The notes below the pieces were generated by a model. That model did no database searches. It was not told where the DNA came from and saw only the letters and a list, made by a program, of their open reading frames with translations. Shown here piece after piece: positions 56,061 to 64,000 of a DNA stretch of 64,000 nucleotides. The DNA comes from a virus. Each line of letters opens with the position of its first letter. The first letter of the stretch is position 1. The DNA lies in IMG/VR virus record IMGVR_UViG_3300035137_000026, positions 64,001 through 128,000 of that record. One strand, 5' to 3'. A program made the translations under genes and the position numbers.

Positions 56061-56066
56061 GAGGCA

Positions 56067-56165
56067 ATGATGAGTGATACAAATTCTCCAGGAACCGTAG
56101 ACTCTGAAGTTTGGACAGCCAACACGGATCGTGAATACTCTACCCCAATAGAGGAAGAAGAGTAG
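56067..56165 (+). CDS. 32-aa acidic microprotein (below the ORF-track cutoff)
   Basis: AGGAGG SD at 56059-56064, ATG at 56067 or 56070. Translation MMSDTNSPGTVDSEVWTANTDREYSTPIEEEE*. Confidence 0.5.
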   Translation: MMSDTNSPGTVDSEVWTANTDREYSTPIEEEE

Positions 56166-56194
56166 TTGTCGCCTGCTGGTATATACAGTATAAT
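56166..56194 (+). promoter_or_regulatory. sigma70-like promoter TTGTCG-N17-TATAAT
   Basis: -35 at 56166-56171 (4/6), 17-nt spacer, perfect -10 at 56189-56194; upstream of the 56244 ORF. Confidence 0.6.
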
Positions 56195-56243
56195 GTACAA
56201 GTCGATAGTGAATGTCACTTGTATCATATTGAGGAACTAAGAT

Positions 56244-56585
56244 ATGGAAATTACAAGACTTTATAACAATTCGGACAGCGAGTTGCTGAGGATTGACACA
56301 ATCACGGTCGACGTCCAGCCACCGACCTATAAAGACTTACGGATCGGTAATGATCCTAGCCTTCAGATGAAGGTTGGGCCACAAAGGATAAAGACACGGA
56401 TCATGACAGGGGGAAATACGATAACCAACCGCACGGTTGCCACCATCGAGATCACTGGAGATTTTGACAGTTACGACACTTCTGGACCAAATTATGACTT
56501 CACCTGGGCCATTAAAGATCTGGGTAATGGTCAGAAGGTTCGCTTCGATATGTCCAATCTCCCTATTGTCGGAAGCAGTGTGTAA
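56244..56585 (+). CDS. Hypothetical protein
   Basis: 113 aa with SD GAGGA and its own promoter; no recognisable motif. Confidence 0.6.
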   Translation: MEITRLYNNSDSELLRIDTITVDVQPPTYKDLRIGNDPSLQMKVGPQRIKTRIMTGGNTITNRTVATIEITGDFDSYDTSGPNYDFTWAIKDLGNGQKVRFDMSNLPIVGSSV

Positions 56586-56592
56586 ACAGTCC

Positions 56593-56635
56593 TTGACATC
56601 AAATATCACCTGTAGCATATTAAGGTTTGTGCTAC
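56593..56635 (+). promoter_or_regulatory. sigma70-like promoter TTGACA-N17-CATATT overlapped by an inverted repeat
   Basis: Perfect -35 at 56593-56598; -10 CATATT at 56616-56621 (4/6). Inverted repeat GTAGCATA...TGTGCTAC at 56612-56635. Confidence 0.45.
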
Positions 56636-56673
56636 GAGGAGAGTACGTAACGTTAACCTTATAGGAGTAACCA

Positions 56674-57162
56674 ATGAAAGTTAAGAGAGAAAAACTTGTT
56701 GCCATGTGGGGCCTGATCAATCGCCTTCAGGGACAGAAGACTGCGGTCAAATTCCACTATCTCCTGCTCAAGAATCGAAAGCTTCTCGAGCCTGAGATTA
56801 CTGCCTTGCAGGAAGCACAGACTGCAGATCCACCCGAAGGACACGAGGAGTTCAACAAGAAACGCCTTGCCGTGTGCAACGAATTTGCCGAGAAGGATGA
56901 TAACGGTGAAGTTAAAATTGTGAATAACAATTTTGTCATCCCGCCAGATCAAAAGGAAAAGTTCGAGGCAAAGTTAGATAAGGTGAAGGAAGAGTACAAG
57001 GAAGTCCTGGAGATCATGGATAAGCGCCAGGAAGACTTCATCAGCCTGCTTCAGGAAGAAGTAGAGGTTGATTTGGCTACCATTCCCCTGTCCATTATGC
57101 CCGACAATCTTGTTGGCAATGAAGTTGAGACCCTCTTTGAGATCATCGATGGTGACAAGTAA
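56674..57162 (+). CDS. Hypothetical helical/coiled-coil protein
   Basis: 162 aa with SD AGGAG; charged helical sequence; TAATG overlap with the next gene. Confidence 0.75.
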   Translation: MKVKREKLVAMWGLINRLQGQKTAVKFHYLLLKNRKLLEPEITALQEAQTADPPEGHEEFNKKRLAVCNEFAEKDDNGEVKIVNNNFVIPPDQKEKFEAKLDKVKEEYKEVLEIMDKRQEDFISLLQEEVEVDLATIPLSIMPDNLVGNEVETLFEIIDGDK

Positions 57163-57644
57163 TGGGAGCATGGCTGAAGCTATTCACTGATGGTACGCTG
57201 GAACATGGTAGTGATGAGCTGATTGCCAAGAGAGAAGCTTCGTGGACTCGTGGCCGGCTAGATGGAATAGAGAAAGTCCGACTATTCAATAGACGGCGAA
57301 CCTGTTCTTTGATTGTTCCCAACACCAACTGGCATCAGTTTGATAGATTTTCAGTTATAGTCTCAGAGGGCACACAGCAGCCCACAATTACTCATCGTGT
57401 GGTACAGGCCGAGATTCAGTCTCATCACGTAGGTCTCTACCTAGTATGCTCAGACTCTGGAGCAAATTATGCTTGGACAGTCGTTCGAGAATTAAGGGAT
57501 GCTGATAGGAATCGTTTTCACAAGAAGCTTACAGATAAACATGTAAGCCAGTGGCTCACCGTTATCTTGCCCGACCGAGATTATCCAGGTATAACCTTCT
57601 CAACTAAGGGTAAGATGAATGACAACCAGCACATATCTAAATAG
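57162..57644 (+). CDS. Hypothetical protein
   Basis: 160 aa, coupled to the previous gene and overlapping the next. Confidence 0.7.
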   Translation: MGAWLKLFTDGTLEHGSDELIAKREASWTRGRLDGIEKVRLFNRRRTCSLIVPNTNWHQFDRFSVIVSEGTQQPTITHRVVQAEIQSHHVGLYLVCSDSGANYAWTVVRELRDADRNRFHKKLTDKHVSQWLTVILPDRDYPGITFSTKGKMNDNQHISK

Positions 57645-59604
57645 TGTATTAAAGATCCTTCCCGCCGTTCAGGCACGGAATATTACCGATCTTCTTAATG
57701 AGTTCCAAGCCGAGGGTGAGATTAAGGATGCTGACGAGTATAGAGCTAAGCTTCAAGAGCTAACTACTGCCGTCAACGATGCAAATCCTAAGCCTTCCTT
57801 CACGCAGATACGTTCTCTAATCTGGCACCTCACATCGTCTGATGCACACAACATCATGATGAGAGCTACACAGAAGGACCTATTTGCTATCTTCCAACAG
57901 GCTATTGAGCTGGGTGGCAAGGTGGACGACCATCACTTTCTTATTATGAAGAACTTAGCTGCTGATATGGAACGTGGTCTGGCTGACCAAGAAAATACTA
58001 TTCGTAGGCTTGAGTGGCTGGCCAATACATCTAATGAGTTTACGATGGCTATCGTGAATGCCTTTGTGTCGGCCTCGTTGTACAAAGTACCACGCAGCCA
58101 GACAGGTGCAGAGAATCTCTACTTCGACAACCGTACATATCAGAGTCGGACAGAAGCAGAACTTCCTAGTGCTGTTGTCTCAGAGCATGGCCAACGGCTG
58201 ATTTTGGATTCAACTAATGAACCCCAGCTGCTGCCTATCTCGGTTACAATGCACACAGACGAAAGCTCCTATGGTACACAGATTCAGACAGCAGTTAATA
58301 ACAATATTCTGAATCTAGTGGATGGCACCAGAGGAACCTTTTGGACACGCCATGTCTACTTGTCAGAAACAGTTCCCAAGGTAACAACTGTCCTTGAGTT
58401 CAATCTTGGTATGGCCCGTGACATCAATTACATGATCCTCGAGGGTGCAGCTGATACTGTGTTCAATGTCGAAAGTATTTATGGGATTGCGCCTGATGGC
58501 CATAAGATGGCTTTGCTTACAGATGTCACAGAAATTAATGGCAAAGAGCGTGTTGATTTTGACAGGACTCTGGTCCGTGGCGTCTACATTACATTCTCTA
58601 CTAACTCCTACGTGAAAGCAGATTATGTGACCGACCCCAAGTCTGCTATCTTTGATTACTTCGAAGAAGATATGATGTTTGATGAGGTAGACCTTATGGA
58701 GGCATTTGGACCACTAGCAGCCGAGGTCCTGTCGTCTAAGACTCTGGGCGATATACTTAATGTGCCTAGTGGCGACTCTGGCATGGTAGACGCCTATGTG
58801 TATCCGTTTGCACTGGACAATGTGTGGTTTGGGAATAGCCTTTATGAGGATAGTGGTATCTTTGTGTCGAAGCCTCTCAAGGGAGACAATCTTGGTGTGT
58901 GCGCCGTTCAGACAATAGAAACGACAGAGACAGATGAGGATGTGAGTAACTCTATTGAGTTTGAGATCATTAAACAGGATCTTATCCCAAAATTCGGCGA
59001 GACTAAATTTCCTATCCCTAAGCTCGGCCAGACAACAGTAGAATCCGAGCGGCTTATCCTCACAAAGAGAGAGTTGGATAGCACAATGGCTGATTCCGGT
59101 CACCTTAGGTTCTGCCCCTATGTAGATCCAGCATGGACATTTGGAGATGATCAGCCAGTTAAAGTTTATAAGAATGGAGAGCAGCTAACACTCGGAACGG
59201 ACTTCCAGATCGCTATCAAGCTGAATAGTGCTGGAGATGCTCTGTTATGGGTAGGCTCGTGGACAGCCTCGCTGTCTGATTCTACAGTCTTTGCCAACTA
59301 CACTCTAAGTCCAGCCAAAATGTGGGTCAGGATACTTGCACCAGATTCTACGGCAGTCTATACGGTGGATTACACAATCCGAACGAGTGACACGTATATC
59401 GACGATAACACAATGTGGCTTGATACAAACAAGCAAATCTTCCTGTCTGACGAGGGCAAGGTATATTTTAAAAGAGATAATCCAGATGTTACAATAAAAT
59501 CTGAGTTGTACCTGCAGATAACCCTGCGAAGAAATACGGCTTCTCAGTCTACAACTCCAAAGCTTCATGAATATGCATTGCTCGGTGCTTCATATTACAG
59601 CTAG
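57619..59604 (+). CDS. Large structural protein, paralog family member 1
   Basis: 661 aa; helical N-terminus then beta-sandwich-like region (NLVDGTRGTFW..., EFNLGMARDINYMIL). Confidence 0.7.
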   Translation: MTTSTYLNSVLKILPAVQARNITDLLNEFQAEGEIKDADEYRAKLQELTTAVNDANPKPSFTQIRSLIWHLTSSDAHNIMMRATQKDLFAIFQQAIELGGKVDDHHFLIMKNLAADMERGLADQENTIRRLEWLANTSNEFTMAIVNAFVSASLYKVPRSQTGAENLYFDNRTYQSRTEAELPSAVVSEHGQRLILDSTNEPQLLPISVTMHTDESSYGTQIQTAVNNNILNLVDGTRGTFWTRHVYLSETVPKVTTVLEFNLGMARDINYMILEGAADTVFNVESIYGIAPDGHKMALLTDVTEINGKERVDFDRTLVRGVYITFSTNSYVKADYVTDPKSAIFDYFEEDMMFDEVDLMEAFGPLAAEVLSSKTLGDILNVPSGDSGMVDAYVYPFALDNVWFGNSLYEDSGIFVSKPLKGDNLGVCAVQTIETTETDEDVSNSIEFEIIKQDLIPKFGETKFPIPKLGQTTVESERLILTKRELDSTMADSGHLRFCPYVDPAWTFGDDQPVKVYKNGEQLTLGTDFQIAIKLNSAGDALLWVGSWTASLSDSTVFANYTLSPAKMWVRILAPDSTAVYTVDYTIRTSDTYIDDNTMWLDTNKQIFLSDEGKVYFKRDNPDVTIKSELYLQITLRRNTASQSTTPKLHEYALLGASYYS

Positions 59605-59612
59605 GTGGTAAC

Positions 59613-62600
59613 ATGCCAAACAAACACTTATCTAGGCCGCCAACAGAAGTCATGAGAGCCAGACTGAAGGTTCTCTTAGAGAATGTTAACTATCTGTATA
59701 CAGCCAAAGAGACGGTTCTCGAGGAAGACCTGGTAAATGCTTACCACACAGCCATGAAGTTGTTCCTAACGTCATTAGACGGTTCTATCTGTGGCGCAGT
59801 GGCCAAGATTCTCAAAGGTTCTCCGGCCGATCCTTTCCACTACAATGTATTTACTAGTTCCATCAACAAGGACCTTGAGGCTCTCTACTCAGAAGCGGGC
59901 GCTCTTGATAAGCTGATTGTCTCAAACTTCAACTCTGTTATTGCCGAAAGGGAACAGGTACTCCAAGTATCCAGACGAGTAAGTGATAAGCTGGGAACCT
60001 ATTTGCTATATGCTGATCCTACTCTGGGTGGCGGGTACTTCTTTGGAGACTCCTTCAATAGTGCCGAGAAAATTGAGGTGGGTTCTGATCTACTAGACAC
60101 AGACGAGTGCTTTATCGGACAGAATGAGGGAGTTATTCTTCTTCCACTAGATGGAGATCCGGACGCACCGAGAATCAAATCCTATACAATAAACAAGCCT
60201 AGCAATGGAAGTGCTGGAAATAATTACGAAACTGATGTTTTGGGCAAAGATGAGATTGAGGCTATCGGAGATAGTGAGCCCAATACTTGGTATGAGTATG
60301 AGCGGGTGACAGCCTACGAGTCCGATACACCGCTTGTCTTTGACCTAACCATTACCCTCGACAAGATCTCAGTTATTAATCATATACATATTAACCCTAT
60401 TAACTTCGGAACGCCATCGCCGGTGTCCATCGTGACGCTCGAGACCTCTAAAGATGGCCTTGAGTATGTGTCGGTTAAGGACGAGGTGCCAATCAAAGAC
60501 TTCGTTTCAGAAGAGGAAGACAATGTATTTGATCTGTCGCCAGCTACCGCAAAGTATGCTGGTCAAGGGTTCTACTCCTTCCTGCCTCGGAAGGCTCAGT
60601 TTGTGCATGTCGTTCTGGAACAATACACACCTTATGCTATTAATACGATAGACGGTTCGCTTCTCCGCTATGCTATTGGCATCAGAGATATCAATATTCT
60701 GGGTCGCAGGTTCAAGACAGAAGGCTCTCTGATCTCTGTGCCAGTGAATATTGGCGAGGAAGCTCGTAAGATCGCCCTGTGGGCCTCTGAGAACCCCGTA
60801 GAGGTTAGCATGCTGTCTGATATCACTCATGCTATTTCAGAGAATGACGGAGCTACCTGGAGGCCCATACAGCCCCAGAGACGCTCTGGGTTCGATGTAC
60901 CTGAGGTGATTGACTATAACACCATTGCAAAAGGTGCCATTGAGACAGATATTGCAGTTAAAACTCTTCGTCATAAAATAAGCATGACTAGAAACACCGA
61001 TGCGTTCTCGGGTAACGTGACTCTCAAAGAAGAGAAAGAAACCAACATTGATGTGCTGAACGTACCTACAGGCGGAGACTTCTCCTTCACAACTACTCAG
61101 CCTCCTATCAGGGAAACTGTTAGGGTGATACTCCCGTTCTACGGAAGCTTCTCCTGTCCCACTGCAGCATATGGTCCTTCCATAGTTGGCCAATCACAGC
61201 CAATGGATCTAGACTTCCTCGAGTTCAATGTGGATGTACCGGCTATCGGCACTCTAAGATATAAGCTACCGTTTAAGAACATTCCTAATCTGCCTGAGCA
61301 TATTCGGGTATTTGTGAATGGCGAACAAATAGAATACTGCTCTAAGAGCGATGAAGGTATCGGCAGCGTGTCTGGCACACAGTCTTTTACCAGCTATGAT
61401 GTGGTGGATGAGAATAGCAAAGTCTATTTCCTGAATAAGGGTGGTGCAGAAATACAATTTGGCTGGACAGATGCGGCTGGTATTCTTAGAGGGTTTCTTC
61501 CTCCTACAGGTGCCAAGATTGAGGTATGTCTGGATGGAGACAACCCTCGTCTCGAGCTAACAGATGCAGGCTATGTTCTATTGCTCGCTGGAAGTAGCGA
61601 TGGCTTTAAGGAGAACGTCAGCTTAATATCTATGAACAATCTGTCAGACGAAGAAGCAGTTGATGTGGCTATTGAGATTCCAGCTGGGCGGGACAAGGTG
61701 GAAATCTCTAGTTCACAGCCGGTAAACACGAGTGCTTTGTCGTCCAAGAAGAGGCTAAAGTTTCCTGCCAAGGCAGGCTATAAAACCATGTATGATTCCA
61801 CCCAGGTAACCAGAACACTATCTCCAATTAATATTCCACAATCCCGTCTACTGGTTGATAGTTCTTCTGATCCTGTAGAGGAAGAACTAGATCAGGGCAT
61901 GCAGACTATCGTTCTAGAAGCTGAAGATGGCATGCTGCCTCCAGTCTTCCTTGAGGATATGGACACATGGCAGATTGTAGAATACGATATTGATACTGGA
62001 GAGCCACTGATATCAGGCCTACAGTTCACAAACAAAGTAGAATATATTGATGGCCGACAAGAGCTGATGACGTGGAGTGGCACCGAGTGGGAGTCCGATC
62101 CATCAGCTTATAGCTTTGATGCTTACTCTGGCCGGGTCTATACCGGCAGTTTGCCGTACACAGATCGGAAGACAATGTTCCATTGTAAGGCTCTGTCGGT
62201 GACAGTAGTTCCACCAGACAAGTGGGAATACTACAAAACATCTGTTCACGGTCGCATGAATACACAGAAAATCGTGATCAATCCAGAGTATGTAGTAACA
62301 CACACAAGAATTATGGCTGTGGATGGTACCTCGACGCCAGTTCAGAGTGTAGAGTTAATTGGAGAGCAGGATAAGGGGCACGACTGGTTCAAGCAGAAGT
62401 TGGTTAAAGGTACCGTTGTCATGGACGATAGCTTGTTCCCAGAAAGCGTGAAGCGTAAGGAAGTCCCGTACATTGATGGGTATACAGAGTTACACGACAC
62501 TGTACAGATTGAAAATGAGGAAATTGTCTTTACGCCTATCGGCGGTAACCTTTACACATACACACTAGAGCTAATCAGCGATAGCCAGGCTATCGTTGGG

Positions 62601-63197
62601 CAGCCAGGCTTTGCTGCTGTGCGTTCAACGATCAATCCTGTTACTGAGGAAAGCCTATTTGTGGTCTATTCAGCCACAACACCTAGTGCTCCAGGCGAAT
62701 GGACCTTCGAGACTCAGGTAGATGGCTCCTGCTTGATAACCGTATACGTACATGCATCGGTCGACCCAACAGAGAGAGACCATACGGCCAGCTACAAATA
62801 TGCCGTGATTGATCCTGGCGTTGATATGGATGGTCTGTACTCTGTTGACTATGAGACTGGCACTATGCACTTTGCTACTGCTATTGAGCTATCTGGTAAT
62901 ATACAGTATGAAGTATCTGCTTATTCAGCCTTCTATAATATTGCTGAGATTGTGCCTGATGGCGACATCAAAGAGATTGATGAAGAAGGTATGAAGATTA
63001 CACTGAGTACTGCTTTGGGTATGAGATTCCTGAAGATGACTACAGCTATGAAGGCTCGGCCTGCCTATGCCAAAGTGGTCTATGACTACTACAAGAAGTC
63101 TACTGAGTCTCTAGCAGATTTAGAACCATACTTCTCACCAATCTGTAAAGACATCGCATTGAAGGCTGTAACGGTGAGCACGATAGAGGAGTTATAA
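59613..63197 (+). CDS. Large structural protein, paralog family member 2
   Basis: 1194 aa with the same architecture (helical N-terminus, GYFFGDSFN, AIGDSEPNTWYEYE, LDKISVINHIHINP). Confidence 0.7.
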   Translation: MPNKHLSRPPTEVMRARLKVLLENVNYLYTAKETVLEEDLVNAYHTAMKLFLTSLDGSICGAVAKILKGSPADPFHYNVFTSSINKDLEALYSEAGALDKLIVSNFNSVIAEREQVLQVSRRVSDKLGTYLLYADPTLGGGYFFGDSFNSAEKIEVGSDLLDTDECFIGQNEGVILLPLDGDPDAPRIKSYTINKPSNGSAGNNYETDVLGKDEIEAIGDSEPNTWYEYERVTAYESDTPLVFDLTITLDKISVINHIHINPINFGTPSPVSIVTLETSKDGLEYVSVKDEVPIKDFVSEEEDNVFDLSPATAKYAGQGFYSFLPRKAQFVHVVLEQYTPYAINTIDGSLLRYAIGIRDINILGRRFKTEGSLISVPVNIGEEARKIALWASENPVEVSMLSDITHAISENDGATWRPIQPQRRSGFDVPEVIDYNTIAKGAIETDIAVKTLRHKISMTRNTDAFSGNVTLKEEKETNIDVLNVPTGGDFSFTTTQPPIRETVRVILPFYGSFSCPTAAYGPSIVGQSQPMDLDFLEFNVDVPAIGTLRYKLPFKNIPNLPEHIRVFVNGEQIEYCSKSDEGIGSVSGTQSFTSYDVVDENSKVYFLNKGGAEIQFGWTDAAGILRGFLPPTGAKIEVCLDGDNPRLELTDAGYVLLLAGSSDGFKENVSLISMNNLSDEEAVDVAIEIPAGRDKVEISSSQPVNTSALSSKKRLKFPAKAGYKTMYDSTQVTRTLSPINIPQSRLLVDSSSDPVEEELDQGMQTIVLEAEDGMLPPVFLEDMDTWQIVEYDIDTGEPLISGLQFTNKVEYIDGRQELMTWSGTEWESDPSAYSFDAYSGRVYTGSLPYTDRKTMFHCKALSVTVVPPDKWEYYKTSVHGRMNTQKIVINPEYVVTHTRIMAVDGTSTPVQSVELIGEQDKGHDWFKQKLVKGTVVMDDSLFPESVKRKEVPYIDGYTELHDTVQIENEEIVFTPIGGNLYTYTLELISDSQAIVGQPGFAAVRSTINPVTEESLFVVYSATTPSAPGEWTFETQVDGSCLITVYVHASVDPTERDHTASYKYAVIDPGVDMDGLYSVDYETGTMHFATAIELSGNIQYEVSAYSAFYNIAEIVPDGDIKEIDEEGMKITLSTALGMRFLKMTTAMKARPAYAKVVYDYYKKSTESLADLEPYFSPICKDIALKAVTVSTIEEL

Positions 63198-64000
63198 TGG
63201 CATCGCTAGCTACAACATACAAAGAGTACATTCTAGAGCAGTTAATGCTTAAGTATCTATATGATGGTGAGATTCCCACATCAGACGACATCGAGGATGA
63301 TCTAGAAACCTATATGGAAGTTCATCCTGACATGGACGAACCAGCCTCAAAGAGATTTGACTGGTCCGTCAAGCCCGGAGAGAACTCAAGAGCTAGTAAG
63401 ATCCAAGATATCGCTCATTATGTATCCCAGGATGTAGGTGTTGTAACAAGAGAATTCTATCGGATTGCCGAGGTGTCAAGTCGGTTCTATGATCGCTGGT
63501 CTTCTGAGATGAAGCGTCTGAGTGGTTTTGCTCGTAAGCTCGAGCAGAGAGCTGACTCTCTATTGTTGCTGGCGGGTGATACTACAGGATTCTTTGCATA
63601 TGTTGGCGATGTGTTTGCTGACATGTCGAAGGTGGACACAGAGCTAACTGATGCTCGAGTAGACCTACATGAGACGGCGGTCACCATCAACCCATCACAC
63701 GACGAGCTTACAGGACAGGGAGCCCTACTAGACCTGGGGGACATGACAGAGAACGATGTGTCCTTTACGCCCTTGTCCCAGCATCCAGGCATTGCATACA
63801 TGACAACAGGCGACGGCAACATGCTGTCTAATATCTTTGAGACAAATAGCTCCACCTGGGTCGGCCGGGTGGTGTCTGACAGTGCTGGTGATATGGTATG
63901 CGAGCTAAAGGCAAGACTGTCTAATAATACAGATCTGGAGGTCTCTCGTATTGCAGTTGAATTTGTCGGCCCGTTGGGAACAACAAGCTCTACGGTAACA
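63197..64000 (+). CDS. Large structural protein, paralog family member 3 (3'-truncated; absent from the ORF track)
   Basis: ATG at 63197 overlaps the previous TAA. Manual translation MASLATTYKEYILEQLMLKYLYDGEIP...FFAYVGDVFADMSKVD...NIFETNSSTWVG... is open to the window end. Confidence 0.75.
   Translation, partial: MASLATTYKEYILEQLMLKYLYDGEIPTSDDIEDDLETYMEVHPDMDEPASKRFDWSVKPGENSRASKIQDIAHYVSQDVGVVTREFYRIAEVSSRFYDRWSSEMKRLSGFARKLEQRADSLLLLAGDTTGFFAYVGDVFADMSKVDTELTDARVDLHETAVTINPSHDELTGQGALLDLGDMTENDVSFTPLSQHPGIAYMTTGDGNMLSNIFETNSSTWVGRVVSDSAGDMVCELKARLSNNTDLEVSRIAVEFVGPLGTTSSTVT

Noticed and set aside
56337-56720. 127-aa minus-strand ORF across the island
   Set aside because: It overlaps two + strand genes that have SD sites and promoters, and has no supporting signals of its own.
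1-64000. CRISPR arrays, tRNA/rRNA genes, integrase or transposase
   Set aside because: Intergenic gaps are nearly all under 100 nt; no repeat-spacer periodicity, cloverleaf or recombinase motifs were seen by eye.

Overview
The whole 64 kb window is one dense, co-oriented (+ strand) morphogenesis module of a large contractile-tailed (myovirus-type, probably jumbo/huge) bacteriophage. It uses the standard bacterial code and has AGGAG(G)-type Shine-Dalgarno sites. Gene order: 5'-truncated atypical protein kinase; three Gly-rich small proteins (two are tandem paralogs); large terminase; four unknown genes; portal fused to a Mu-gpF/SPP1-gp7-like domain; prohead protease/scaffold; capsid-associated protein; major capsid protein (followed by a Rho-independent terminator); neck genes; tail sheath; tail tube plus two tube-fold paralogs; two chaperone-like genes; two ~1400-1500 aa proteins at the usual tape-measure position; a 2092-aa baseplate hub; spike-like, gp25-like and J-like baseplate genes; tail fibre/receptor-binding genes (one with a peptidase-S74 chaperone); a small island preceded by sigma70-like promoters; and three paralogous large proteins, the last 3'-truncated. 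The standout observation is the 1489-aa protein at 29920-34389. By eye it carries, in the correct order, the conserved motifs of both double-psi beta-barrels of cellular-type RNA polymerases, with an intact DxDxD triad (GDFDKD). It is therefore a candidate single-chain two-barrel virion RNA polymerase encoded in the tail module. Its neighbour carries a degenerate staphylococcal-nuclease-like fold, and the kinase and Gly-zipper proteins look like further co-ejected cargo. All product calls come from manual motif recognition and synteny; no database search or computation was run. No tRNA, rRNA, CRISPR array, integrase or transposase was recognised.
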